Origin: Candidatus Latescibacterota bacterium
GTDB lineage: Bacteria > Latescibacterota > UBA2968 > GCA-2709665
Direction: 5' to 3'
Assembly: GCA_965205485.1 (NCBI GenBank)
Contig: OZ242180.1
Coordinates: 3,520,001 to 3,584,000, forward strand
DNA length: 64,000 nt
Below the pieces are notes generated by a model that worked only from the letters and a program-made list of their open reading frames with translations, ran no database searches and was not told where the DNA came from. The number at the start of each line of letters is the position of its first letter. Positions within the stretch are counted from its first letter, which is position 1. Both the position numbers and the translations under genes were made by a program. Below are positions 9,882 to 18,895 of this stretch, piece by piece.

Positions 9882-10117
9882 CCCGTCTTCTCTATTGGAA
9901 GTGTCGCACATGCCCTTTGAGGACAAACCTGTGCGCGGACCCATTGCCAGCCTTTCGTCCTCCCTTGCATAACATTCGGGCGAAAGTGTGAAGGATACGT
10001 TTCGCCAATGGCTGTGGGAGTATTTCTCATCCGTATATTTGGCGCACTTCCGCGATTTTCGTAGTTAACCTCAACCGTTTTTGGTCAGGTGTGATGTGGA
10101 ACAAGAAAATAACGGAT

Positions 10118-10615
10118 ATGAAGTATAACTCTCGACATCGATTTCATGGCGATCCAAAGCGATTTGACGTACTTGCTTCATTTATCGATGTGCGCTTTGG
10201 AAAAACGGTCCACTATCTCGCTGACGTTGCCGGCGGGCAGGGCATGTTGACCCGGATTCTGCGCAAGCGGTACAATTACGACTGCGAGGTCGTCGATCCT
10301 CGCGCCTGGACGCTCAAGGGCGTGCCAAACCAACCCGTGGAATTCGATTCCTCGATGACTGACTACTATGACCTGATTATCGGATTGCACGCCGACGAAG
10401 CCACTCGGCCTGTTGCTCAAGCGGCACTCAGTCGACCTGTAGTTCTCGTACCCTGCTGCAATTTCTGGTCGGAGGAAAAACTGGGAAGGGACGAACTGCT
10501 CGATGCCATCGAAGCATACTACGGCCGCCATAAGGTGTCCTTTGAACGCGTCAAATTCCCGTTCAAGGGGCCAAAGAATATCGGTATCGTGTCAGAACCG
10601 CCCGTGGAGTCGTGA
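10118..10615 (+). CDS. Putative SAM-dependent methyltransferase-like protein
   Basis: DVAGGQG motif I, IGLHADEAT and VPCC motifs; start uncertain (10091/10094/10118). Confidence 0.7.
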   Translation: MKYNSRHRFHGDPKRFDVLASFIDVRFGKTVHYLADVAGGQGMLTRILRKRYNYDCEVVDPRAWTLKGVPNQPVEFDSSMTDYYDLIIGLHADEATRPVAQAALSRPVVLVPCCNFWSEEKLGRDELLDAIEAYYGRHKVSFERVKFPFKGPKNIGIVSEPPVES

Positions 10616-10659
10616 GTTAATAAAGGGCTCCCGAGTCATCCAATAGGGCACCGGATGAT

Positions 10660-11136
10660 ATGAGCATCGACCAGGTCCATATCCGTGATGCCAGCGCAGC
10701 CGACATACCCGCACTGTTCGAAATCCGTACGGCTGTGACCGAAAACGCGATGACGCAGGCAGAACTGGCAGCGTCCGGAATAACGCCTGAGCGCTCCGCG
10801 GAATTGCTGCGGACCGAGGGCAGGTGTTGGGTAGCGGAAGTCGGCAAACCCGTCGTCGGATTTTGTATCGCGAATAGCAAAACCCGGTCCATCTGGGCGC
10901 TGTTCGTCCTGCCGGCATATGAAGGCCGCGGAATCGGGCGACGGCTGACGGAGACAGCTGCTGACTGGTTATGGCAAAACGGCGCCGAGGAGATCTGGCT
11001 GGAGACAGAAACAAACACCCGCGCCGAGGGGTTTTACGAACATCTCGGCTGGAAAAGGGGAGAGGTCCTAATAGAGGACGGCTTTGAAGAAGTGCGGTTT
11101 ACTTTGAAGAAAAGCATCTCCCCGTCGCTCGACTGA
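10660..11136 (+). CDS. GNAT N-acetyltransferase
   Basis: ALFVLPAYEGRGIGRRL...RAEGFYEHLGW. Confidence 0.92.
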   Translation: MSIDQVHIRDASAADIPALFEIRTAVTENAMTQAELAASGITPERSAELLRTEGRCWVAEVGKPVVGFCIANSKTRSIWALFVLPAYEGRGIGRRLTETAADWLWQNGAEEIWLETETNTRAEGFYEHLGWKRGEVLIEDGFEEVRFTLKKSISPSLD

Positions 11137-11169
11137 CGCCATCACACGATAGGTGACGCATCCCGCCTT

Positions 11170-11910
11170 ATGAAGTTCGACCAACTCCCCTCAAACGCCA
11201 GGAAGGTCTGCCAGGCCTTCGTTGGCGGTCTTGAAGTTATCCTCGATGAGAACCTGCACGGCATCTACATGCACGGCGCCTCCGTATTTCCGGATACCGG
11301 ACCGATACAGGATATCGACTGTCACGTGATCCTTGCAGGACCGTTGAACAACCGAAACAAAGATGCGATACTTCAGTTGCAGAGGGAACTTTCGGAGCGC
11401 TTTCCGCCTCTGGGTGAAGAATTGGACGCCTATTTCATCCTGTATGAGGACGCCGTCAAAACGCACCCACCCGCCCACCAGTTGCAGCCCGAAATACGGG
11501 ACGAATCATGGTCGCTGCATTGTGCGCATATCAGGGCAAAGCGTTTCATTGCGCTCTATGGACCGCCCCCGAAGGATATCTTCCCGGCGCCGTCGTGGGA
11601 CGAAATCACCAATGCTCTCGAACACGAGTTCACGTTCATACAGCAGAACCTTCAATACCCCGACTACTGCGTCCTCAACATGTGCCGGATCATGTTCAGT
11701 GTCCAGGAGTGTAACGTCGTTGTATCGAAGTTTTCCAGCGGCAAATGGGCTCGTTCCCGGTTTCCCGAATGGAAACCGCTGATCGACGCGGCAGTCGCTT
11801 CATACCAGGGAACGGAGACGCCAGACGAGGCCGCATTGCTGAAGACCGGCGTGGAGTCCTTTGTTGAGTTCGGAGAAAAACTGATTCGCGAACGGCACCA
11901 AAGCGCCTGA
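11170..11910 (+). CDS. Nucleotidyltransferase related to aminoglycoside adenylyltransferases (AadA/DUF4111-like)
   Basis: GIYMHGAS...DIDCHV Pol-beta motif; Y-x-VLN-x-CR...SK-x-x-G-x-WA C-terminal domain. Confidence 0.8.
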   Translation: MKFDQLPSNARKVCQAFVGGLEVILDENLHGIYMHGASVFPDTGPIQDIDCHVILAGPLNNRNKDAILQLQRELSERFPPLGEELDAYFILYEDAVKTHPPAHQLQPEIRDESWSLHCAHIRAKRFIALYGPPPKDIFPAPSWDEITNALEHEFTFIQQNLQYPDYCVLNMCRIMFSVQECNVVVSKFSSGKWARSRFPEWKPLIDAAVASYQGTETPDEAALLKTGVESFVEFGEKLIRERHQSA

Positions 11911-11935
11911 TTTTTTCGTACGCCCAAACCTGCCC

Positions 11936-12100
11936 TTGCGCGGCTACACTTTGCTCAGCCGCAACCAAATAGATGGGAGTCAACGCGCGAGCCCGTTTAA
12001 CAGTCCAATCACTTCCCCCTTGACGGGGAGTCGCAGAGGCCGAGCCGGTCCCTGAGCCTGTCGAAGGGCTGGCGACGGCTGATGCGGTGGGGGGATTCAA
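11936..12100 (+). repeat. About 165-bp composite palindromic repeat (family A), copy 1
   Basis: Aligns end to end with 40300-40465; contains GCGGC..GCCGCAACCA, CTTCCCCCTTGACGGGGAG and CCCTGAGCCTGTCGAAGGG. Confidence 0.85.
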
Positions 12101-12321
12101 CGCCTTACAATTTGCAAGCAGTGTGGTTATACATGTGCGCATCTTGCGTTGAATTCGTACTGAAAGAATCTAAATCGGCTACGTATTTGGACTGCACCGG
12201 CGGACGCCGTTGATTTTACGATGCGATTGATCGGAGTCGGAATTGTACGGGCATGCGATCGACACCTTGGGTGATGAACAGGAAGCTTCCGCGGCATTCA
12301 GCGGCCTAGAGGTGGGATGAC

Positions 12322-13347
12322 ATGGAGTTGAGCCTGGACGATATGCTTCCGGACCCCGAATGGCTCAAACGTAAGTACGAGATTCTCTGGGATGGACGAT
12401 ATCGCGCCATGAGCGGCAGGATCGCCCATGTTGTCAGGATCGCGTGCGGGAATACCGGGAATCCGTACGTCCTGCGGGTCTCCGGTCCAGGGCGAAACTC
12501 GGTAGGTTCTTCGTCAGCGGCCCGCCGTCTGTCGCAAGTGCATCGATTCCAGGCGCACCTGAATGATCAAGGCGTACGAACCGTCCTCCCGTTAAGATCG
12601 TTTGACGGAAAGACCTTCTCGATGACGGAACAGGGGATGACAGTCGAAGTCTTCCAGTTTGTCGGGGGAAGGCCGCCGAAGCGGGGTGATGAAGCGGACG
12701 TTCGATTGGCGGCGGCTGAAATTGCCCGGTTTCACAATGCAGGCGTTGGATACCGGGATCTTCCGGACGAAGAAATTCTCTGCATGAATCATCTCGCGAT
12801 CGACAGTCTGGTGGAGGACGTCCGTAAGATGCGGGAGTCGACCAGGGGAAAGGCGTATCACGATCAATTCATGGAGTACGTGGCGGAAACGGAACGGTGC
12901 GTTAGTGCGATCGATCGCCTGCGTCCAGACCTGGTCGAAACGGGTCTGCACCTGGACACCGGGCCGCAGAATATGATCATCGATAACGAAGGGCAACTCT
13001 GGTTCATCGACTGCAATCACGCGTCTCGAGGTCGGCGGGTGTTCGAAGTATGCGCCTCTATGTACTACCTGGCGCCGCATTCCGACTTGCCGTGGGGCGA
13101 ACCGGCGCGATATCGACTCGTGGACGAAAGCGTGGAAGCTGCATTCCACGAAACGTACCGGGAAGTCTGCGATCCTGTGTGGCGAGGGGAGGAATCCGCT
13201 GCTTTGGCGATCGAACGGATGCTGATGTTCATCCACGGCGTCACTTGCTGGACAACCATGGGAGATGAAGAAGACGTCCACGAGGAATTGGACCGATGGA
13301 ACGCCTGTTACACCACCCTGAGAGCAGGGCTTGACAAAGCTGCGTAA
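12322..13347 (+). CDS. Aminoglycoside phosphotransferase / homoserine kinase type II-like kinase
   Basis: IARFH, Brenner motif HLDTGPQN, FID. Confidence 0.85.
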   Translation: MELSLDDMLPDPEWLKRKYEILWDGRYRAMSGRIAHVVRIACGNTGNPYVLRVSGPGRNSVGSSSAARRLSQVHRFQAHLNDQGVRTVLPLRSFDGKTFSMTEQGMTVEVFQFVGGRPPKRGDEADVRLAAAEIARFHNAGVGYRDLPDEEILCMNHLAIDSLVEDVRKMRESTRGKAYHDQFMEYVAETERCVSAIDRLRPDLVETGLHLDTGPQNMIIDNEGQLWFIDCNHASRGRRVFEVCASMYYLAPHSDLPWGEPARYRLVDESVEAAFHETYREVCDPVWRGEESAALAIERMLMFIHGVTCWTTMGDEEDVHEELDRWNACYTTLRAGLDKAA

Positions 13348-13494
13348 ACCGGGTGCATATGGCTAAGGCACTCCCAACGACGGCGCCCTTCTCCTGACCC
13401 GTACACATCGCGACACCGACCAGGCGCAGCCGCGCCGGTCGCTTCCCAAATGCGAAATCATAGATCGATAAGGTTCCAGGGGTCGAAATCGCCC

Positions 13495-13552
13495 TTGACA
13501 GCAGCAATGTGTTTGGTTACTTTTATAGCAAAGATGATATAATCACAGGAGG
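13495..13552 (+). promoter_or_regulatory. sigma70-type promoter and RBS for the XRE-trxA pair
   Basis: TTGACA (13495)-17bp-TACTTT; AGGAGG at 13547. Confidence 0.65.
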
Positions 13553-13557
13553 GTTTC

Positions 13558-13818
13558 GTGCCGTTCGACTGGCTGCGGATCAGGGAGTTTCGACAATCGG
13601 TGGGGATGACCCAGCAGCAGTTCGGAGAGATTCTCGCTGTTCCCCAATCCACCGTCGCCCGATGGGAGACGGGAAAGATCTCGCCCAACGCGCATCATAT
13701 CGGCCTGATGTGCGATCTGGGCAGGGTACGATCCATCGAACCGGAATTCTTCTTTCCACCGTTTTCCCGGCTCGATCCAGTTAATAACGCATTTAAAAAA
13801 AGGAGGTTAGATCAGTGA
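13558..13818 (+). CDS. XRE-family HTH transcriptional regulator
   Basis: IREFRQSVGMTQQQFGEILAVPQSTVARWETGKISP. Confidence 0.88.
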   Translation: MPFDWLRIREFRQSVGMTQQQFGEILAVPQSTVARWETGKISPNAHHIGLMCDLGRVRSIEPEFFFPPFSRLDPVNNAFKKRRLDQ

Positions 13819-14150
13819 CGCCCGCTACTTTCACGGACGCGAACTTTGAGACCGAGGTCATTTCCTCAGACCGGCCCGTTCTCGTCGACGTCGGCGCGAA
13901 CTGGTGCGGCCCGTGCCGGCTCATTGACCCGATTGTCAAGAAACTGGCTGTCGAATACGTTGGACGGCTGAAAGTCGGAAAAATGAATTTCGATACATCC
14001 CATTCGTCGGCAGTCCGGTACGGTATACAGAGCCTGCCAACGCTTCTGCTCTTCAACAATGGAGACGTCGTAAACCGCCTGGTCGGCGCCGTCCCCAAAC
14101 AACGGCTCGTCGATTCAATTGAAGAAGTACTTGCGGACGTGCGCCGGTAG
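13815..14150 (+). CDS. trxA: Thioredoxin
   Basis: WCGPC active site, cis-Pro motif (SLPTLL), GAVPK; GTGA overlap with the upstream gene. Confidence 0.95.
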   Translation: MTPATFTDANFETEVISSDRPVLVDVGANWCGPCRLIDPIVKKLAVEYVGRLKVGKMNFDTSHSSAVRYGIQSLPTLLLFNNGDVVNRLVGAVPKQRLVDSIEEVLADVRR

Positions 14151-14410
14151 TCGCATGTGTTCGTCGATCGTTTTTTCGTTTCGGACTTCCAGCGGCCAAG
14201 GATACAGGATTCTCTTCCAGGGCCACTGTATCCAGGATACATTGGAGGGCGACGTTTCTTGGCGTGACAAGGTGTCAAATTGGAAATCGCGGCAAAAACG
14301 ATCCCCGACCGTGTGAAAAAGGTCGAGGGCATCTGTTGATTTTCGTCGTCTACGCTGATCGTTTGAATTCTACATGATTCAAGAGCACACTGCTTCAACT
14401 GGAGGGGAAT

Positions 14411-14983
14411 ATGCTGGAGCGGCACGATGGAAAGGTCGTGGACGTCAGCAGACCCGTATTCCTGGATATTGAAACCACAGGTCTTTATGAAGACGATGAA
14501 ATCGTGGAGATTGCGATAGCTGACTACGACGGCCGTGAAATTATGAATGAATATACAAAACCGGTCTATACTGAATCCTGGCCGGAGGCTCAGGGGATAC
14601 ATGGAATAAGTCCACAGACGGTCGCGCATTCTGCGACATTTGAAGATCAGATTCCTGCAATAAGGGCCGCGATTCGTGATAGAGTCGTGGCGGTTTACAA
14701 CGCGGAATTTGAACTGCAATTTCTCCCTTCGCACGTCGTGGCGGCTACAGATCTGTTTGTGTGCGTAATGGAACTGTATCGTGAGATTCGCGGCCTTCAA
14801 GAATATGTAAAGAATACATATAGGTTGCAGAATGCAATGGATTGGTGCGGTTATCGTAAATCACAGACACATCGGGCAATGGAAGATAATTTAGGTACTA
14901 TTGCTGTATGGAATAAGTTACAGGAACAAGAGGGCGAGAGATTTGAAAATGCGGTGAGTCGGCATTGTTATTATGTTTATTAG
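14411..14983 (+). CDS. DEDDh 3'-5' exonuclease (DnaQ-like), low GC
   Basis: FLDIETTGL, IHGI, YNAEFE, HRAMED; GGAGG RBS. Confidence 0.88.
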   Translation: MLERHDGKVVDVSRPVFLDIETTGLYEDDEIVEIAIADYDGREIMNEYTKPVYTESWPEAQGIHGISPQTVAHSATFEDQIPAIRAAIRDRVVAVYNAEFELQFLPSHVVAATDLFVCVMELYREIRGLQEYVKNTYRLQNAMDWCGYRKSQTHRAMEDNLGTIAVWNKLQEQEGERFENAVSRHCYYVY

Positions 14984-15240
14984 CAGGTCCTTGATCGCCG
15001 TTTCGTGTGTGGCAGCTGAGTGAAAAAAAGGCGGTAACATTGCGCAATAACTCGTCCTTCATCAGTCCCAACGCCTCTATGGTTTGTCCGGCAGGAGGAT
15101 ATGGATCATCGATGGCAACCTGGTGTTCGTTCTCCGGGTCAAGCCCGTATAAAATCGCCCATTGAAGCCACTTTTGAAGTCTTATCTCCGAGAATCCCGC
15201 GGTTCTCGGACAGCAGTGATTGGGTATAATCCCCAAAAGG

Positions 15241-15271
15241 AAAGGCCTCCGGCATCACGTGGAGGCTTTTT
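15241..15271. terminator. Probable bidirectional intrinsic terminator
   Basis: AAAGGCCTCC-N10-GGAGGCTTTTT between convergent genes. Confidence 0.65.
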
Positions 15272-15298
15272 GCGGGGACCGCATTGAGCAGAATCGGA

Positions 15299-15748
15299 TC
15301 ATTTCTCTTCAGGAGAATATGGAGGAGGTTCCTTAAACTGCACCCCTTCTTTCTCCTGTTCTTTAATCCATTGGAGCACTTCCTTTCTTCCCTCCTCTCG
15401 TCCTTTTTCTCGCTGCTGATTTTCAGGAGAATATGGAGGAGGTTCCTTAAACTGCACCCCTTCTTTCTCCTGTTCTCTAATCCATTGGAGTACTTCTTTT
15501 CTCCCCTCCTCTCGCCCTTTTTCTCGCTGCTGACGTCGTATTTCCGCCAGGACGCCCAACATGGCTTCACCTCCTGCAAGAATAACAAATGCACCGGTTA
15601 CTGAAAAGACGACGATAGACTCCAGCGTCTTAATAGAACCAACGTTACCCAAGTAGAACCAGCTTCCCAACGCGCCTGCAAACAGCAAAACCATCAGCCG
15701 TTCAAACCACTTTCTGTTTCCAATTGTCCAAATCTCTTTCCTGGACAT
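15299..15748 (-). CDS. Small membrane protein with duplicated 38-aa C-terminal unit
   Basis: AGGAGG RBS; two hydrophobic helices, then QQREKGREEGRKEVLQWI(R/K)EQEKEGVQFKEPPPYSPE twice. Confidence 0.8.
   Translation of the reverse strand: MSRKEIWTIGNRKWFERLMVLLFAGALGSWFYLGNVGSIKTLESIVVFSVTGAFVILAGGEAMLGVLAEIRRQQREKGREEGRKEVLQWIREQEKEGVQFKEPPPYSPENQQREKGREEGRKEVLQWIKEQEKEGVQFKEPPPYSPEEK
15308..15533. repeat. Tandem duplication, 114-bp period, 2 copies
   Basis: TTCAGGAGAATATGGAGG... starts at 15308 and 15422; in frame. Confidence 0.95.
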
Positions 15749-16184
15749 AACCTCCTCACAAATTTAACCGAAATATCACTGTTGTTCAAGATCATTCGGA
15801 AAGGACGATCCTGGACAGGGGTACTGGAATATCTTTAATCTTACCTGTCCCAAGACGAATTTCATTAACCACGAAAGTCGCGTAACATATGGCTGGAAAA
15901 ATCACCCACAAATGCACTCAACGAGTCTATCAGTAACAAGCGCATCAATCTCAGATTTTCAAAAACGTACCCCCATTGATTACAGCGATAGATTCAGAGC
16001 TATGCCGAAAAATCCTTTTCCTCCGGCCCGAAAACCGTTATGGCCGTATAACTGATTAACCTCCAGTTCGGCTACCCGCGCAACAAGGTTGACCAATGCT
16101 GGTACGACTCTTAACAGATGTAGATTTCAACTCCCATGCCAGCGCTAACCTGCCCCTGCCTGCCTACCACCCCGGCAACCACCC

Positions 16185-16430
16185 TCACATAGATGGCCCC
16201 GTGCGTTCCAGTAACTCACGTATGCCAGCACTTTGATCCCGCAAGGCATTGCCCATCTCTCGCAATGCTTCGCCCTGGTCATCGACCTGCTTACTCCGAA
16301 TTTCAGATGCCTTCGACATCTGTCGCAAACCCCAGAAAATCAATCCGCACTGCCCCGTCCCTACCACCAATGCCACAACGGAACCAAATAACTCTCCCAT
16401 AGTGACGGCAGACACAAGGTCCATTGTCAT
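16185..16430 (-). CDS. Small single-TM plus coiled-coil hypothetical protein
   Basis: Hydrophobic N-half, heptad-like QGEALREMGNALRDQSAGIRELLER. Confidence 0.65.
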   Translation of the reverse strand: MTMDLVSAVTMGELFGSVVALVVGTGQCGLIFWGLRQMSKASEIRSKQVDDQGEALREMGNALRDQSAGIRELLERTGPSM

Positions 16431-17077
16431 ACCCGTTTCTGTAAATACTCTCGGTTCTTTCTCCCGTCCCGTAAACCACCGCTTCCACGACCGCTTCGAT
16501 CTCTCGACTTTGCCGGGTTTTACCTGCGGAGGATCGCCAGGAAAAAAGTCCGCGGGACCTCTTCCGGCGCAGCATCGATACTCACATCCTCATCCTGAAC
16601 GGCTTTTTCAGCGAAATTCCCACTCGCTTCTAATTCCAAGGAGCCGGAAGTCCTATCTCTACACCTCCAAAACTGGCTATCTCTCTGTTTTCTAATTGAA
16701 AATTGGCGTTTTTAGCACTATCGTCCACAATGCCCTTTCAAAAGTATTGAAAACTTATGTTCAATTCGAGAGACAAGACGCTGATATTCGTTCCACTATG
16801 ATTGAGAATGAATATAGCAGGATTTCAGTATAGAATCAAGGGATGACAGTTGTAAGATGTTTATTTTCAATATTATATTGATAAAAAATGTCGTTTTTTT
16901 GTTAATTGAAGCCGATCGGTATTGTCATCCTTACAGTTCAAATTTGCAAACTGCGTGCCATCACCCGACGGCCGATTCCTCGAAGGAGGTGATCGGTTGG
17001 GCGGAGGAAAGTGACGGCGCGCTGCGAGTCGGCCGCCATCGAAACGCGCCTGCGCCGCCTACGTTCAGGAGTTCATT

Positions 17078-17659
17078 GTGATCACTTATGCAGCGGATAC
17101 ATCGAAGTGGGAAGACTGGCAGCGCGGCTATCGGCTGGGAGTGATTCTGATCCTGCCGCCGCCCGACGTGTCGCGGGAGGTTGATTTCTTGCGGGCAAGG
17201 TATGATCCCCGCTCGGCGGCATGGTGTCCGGCGCACATCTCTTTGTCCGATCCGCTGTGCTGTGAAATGAGTCCCGCGTTTGCCGGCGAAATCCGCGCCG
17301 TCCTTTCCGACGTCCGGCCGTTCGAGCTTCACTATGACAGGCTTTATGCCTCCACGCGCCACCCGGGTGTCGCGTATCGCATCACGCCGCGGGAACCGAT
17401 CGAGCGCCTGAAGCAATTGCTTCACGGCACATCGGGCTTTGCGGACGAAGCCCATGGCAGGCGCGACATTGCGCCACACATGACGATCGCCGAGTTCATT
17501 TCCATTGATGAGAGCCTTCAACTCTGCGCGCGGCTTCAGGATACGGCGCCTGTCGGCTCCTTCCTGTGCGACCGGTTGGCATATATGGTCCCCGACGATG
17601 GTTTCCGGTTCCAGAGGAGGTTGACGTTCCCGCTTGGTGATTCGGTGCAAAAGTCCTAA
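17078..17659 (+). CDS. 2H phosphoesterase (2'-5' RNA ligase superfamily)
   Basis: Two HxS/T motifs: AHISL and PHMTI; AGGAG RBS. Confidence 0.9.
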   Translation: MITYAADTSKWEDWQRGYRLGVILILPPPDVSREVDFLRARYDPRSAAWCPAHISLSDPLCCEMSPAFAGEIRAVLSDVRPFELHYDRLYASTRHPGVAYRITPREPIERLKQLLHGTSGFADEAHGRRDIAPHMTIAEFISIDESLQLCARLQDTAPVGSFLCDRLAYMVPDDGFRFQRRLTFPLGDSVQKS

Positions 17660-17747
17660 CTTGCCCCAGGGGTTTTTCATCTGTTGTATCGGCAGGATTT
17701 GCCGACTCCGAATTGTAAGATATCGACGGATCCGGCCTTTGTGTACT

Positions 17748-17770
17748 CATCCTGTCCATCCATGTAAGTT
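17748..17770 (+). repeat. ATCCTGTCCATCCATGTAAGT dispersed repeat (family E)
   Basis: Also at 45651-45681 and inverted at 40255-40286. Confidence 0.8.
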
Positions 17771-17815
17771 TCGCGTTGTGAATGAACCGGTTCTGCGCGC
17801 AGCCAGGAGAAGTTC

Positions 17816-18892
17816 GTGAAGATCGACCGAATCGAAGTCATCCAGATCGAGACGCCGCGCTACTACGGCCAAATATCCGGACACGTATTGATCAGGGTCC
17901 ACGTGGACGACGGTCCGATCGGCCTCGGTGAAGCGTCGGACAGCCGATGCGCCGACGTGCCGGCCCTGGCGCGGCAGCTGAATGAGCAGCTGAAAGGCCG
18001 CGACGCTCGTTGCATCGTCGAGATCAACGACTTCGCCCGCGCCCGGACCTGGAACAGCACGGTCACCGACCCGCACGTGGCCAGCGCCATCGACCTGGCG
18101 CTTTACGATCTAAACGGTAAGGTTCAGGGCGTACCCGTGTACCAGATGCTGGGCGGCAAGGTGCGCGAAGCCCTACATTGCTGCTATCCGATTTTCGGAT
18201 TTCAGGTGGTGGAGGACTTCGAGCGCGCCGGATCCTACCTGCAGCGCCTGGTGGATCTGGGCCACCACCTGTACCGCTATTATGTCTCCGGCGACGTGGA
18301 TCTGGACGACCGCTTCCTCGCCGAGATGAAGTCCAGACATGGCGACCTCATCCGGCTCAAGTCAATCGACTTCTCAGGACGCTTCCGCGACTGGGTGGAG
18401 GCGCTACGCTATGGCGACAGGTTGCGGCGTCACGACCCGTACCATTTCGAGCAGCCGACGTATGACATGCGTTCCAGTGCGCAGTTCACCAAACGCGTCG
18501 ATCTGCCCGTGACATGGCATATCGGCTCCCTGCAGCAGGCGTGGGAGGCGGCCGAAAGCGGCGCATGCACGGCGTTCAACGTGGCCTGCGTGTCCGGCGG
18601 CCCCACCCACGTCAAGCGCATCCTGGCAGTGGGGGAGGCGGCGGGCATGCCCTGCCTGATCGGCACGGACCAGGAGTCCACGCTGGGTATGAGCGCCCAG
18701 ATTGCCGTGGGGATCACCTCTCCCCAGGTCCGGCTGCCGTGCGACCCGATGGGTCCGCTGCTGTATATGGCTTCGCCGGCCAGGGAACGCGTGAGGGCCG
18801 AAGGAAGCTATCTGACGCCGCTCGAGGGTCCCGGCCTGGGCGTGGAACTCGACGAGGACAAACTGGCAGCACTAACCGTAGCGAGGGCTTGA
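17816..18892 (+). CDS. Enolase-superfamily enzyme resembling galactarate dehydratase II subgroup
   Basis: GLGEASD, CYPIF, R-x-Y (YRYYV), KSIDFS, EQP, His as third metal ligand (TWHI), GTDQE, DPMGPLLY, PGLGVELDE. Confidence 0.85.
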   Translation: MKIDRIEVIQIETPRYYGQISGHVLIRVHVDDGPIGLGEASDSRCADVPALARQLNEQLKGRDARCIVEINDFARARTWNSTVTDPHVASAIDLALYDLNGKVQGVPVYQMLGGKVREALHCCYPIFGFQVVEDFERAGSYLQRLVDLGHHLYRYYVSGDVDLDDRFLAEMKSRHGDLIRLKSIDFSGRFRDWVEALRYGDRLRRHDPYHFEQPTYDMRSSAQFTKRVDLPVTWHIGSLQQAWEAAESGACTAFNVACVSGGPTHVKRILAVGEAAGMPCLIGTDQESTLGMSAQIAVGITSPQVRLPCDPMGPLLYMASPARERVRAEGSYLTPLEGPGLGVELDEDKLAALTVARA

Positions 18893-18895
18893 ATC

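Noticed and set aside
14898..15236. 112-aa minus-strand ORF in the low-GC islet
   Set aside because: TTG start, no RBS, overlaps the exonuclease end, no motif; at most a fragment
15308..15533. CRISPR array or DGR template/variable repeat pair
   Set aside because: In-frame coding duplication with mostly synonymous differences; no reverse transcriptase in the window
16440..16560. c-di-GMP-I riboswitch on the minus strand (GGCAAA...GAGA)
   Set aside because: Lacks the GACGCAAAG core and second stem
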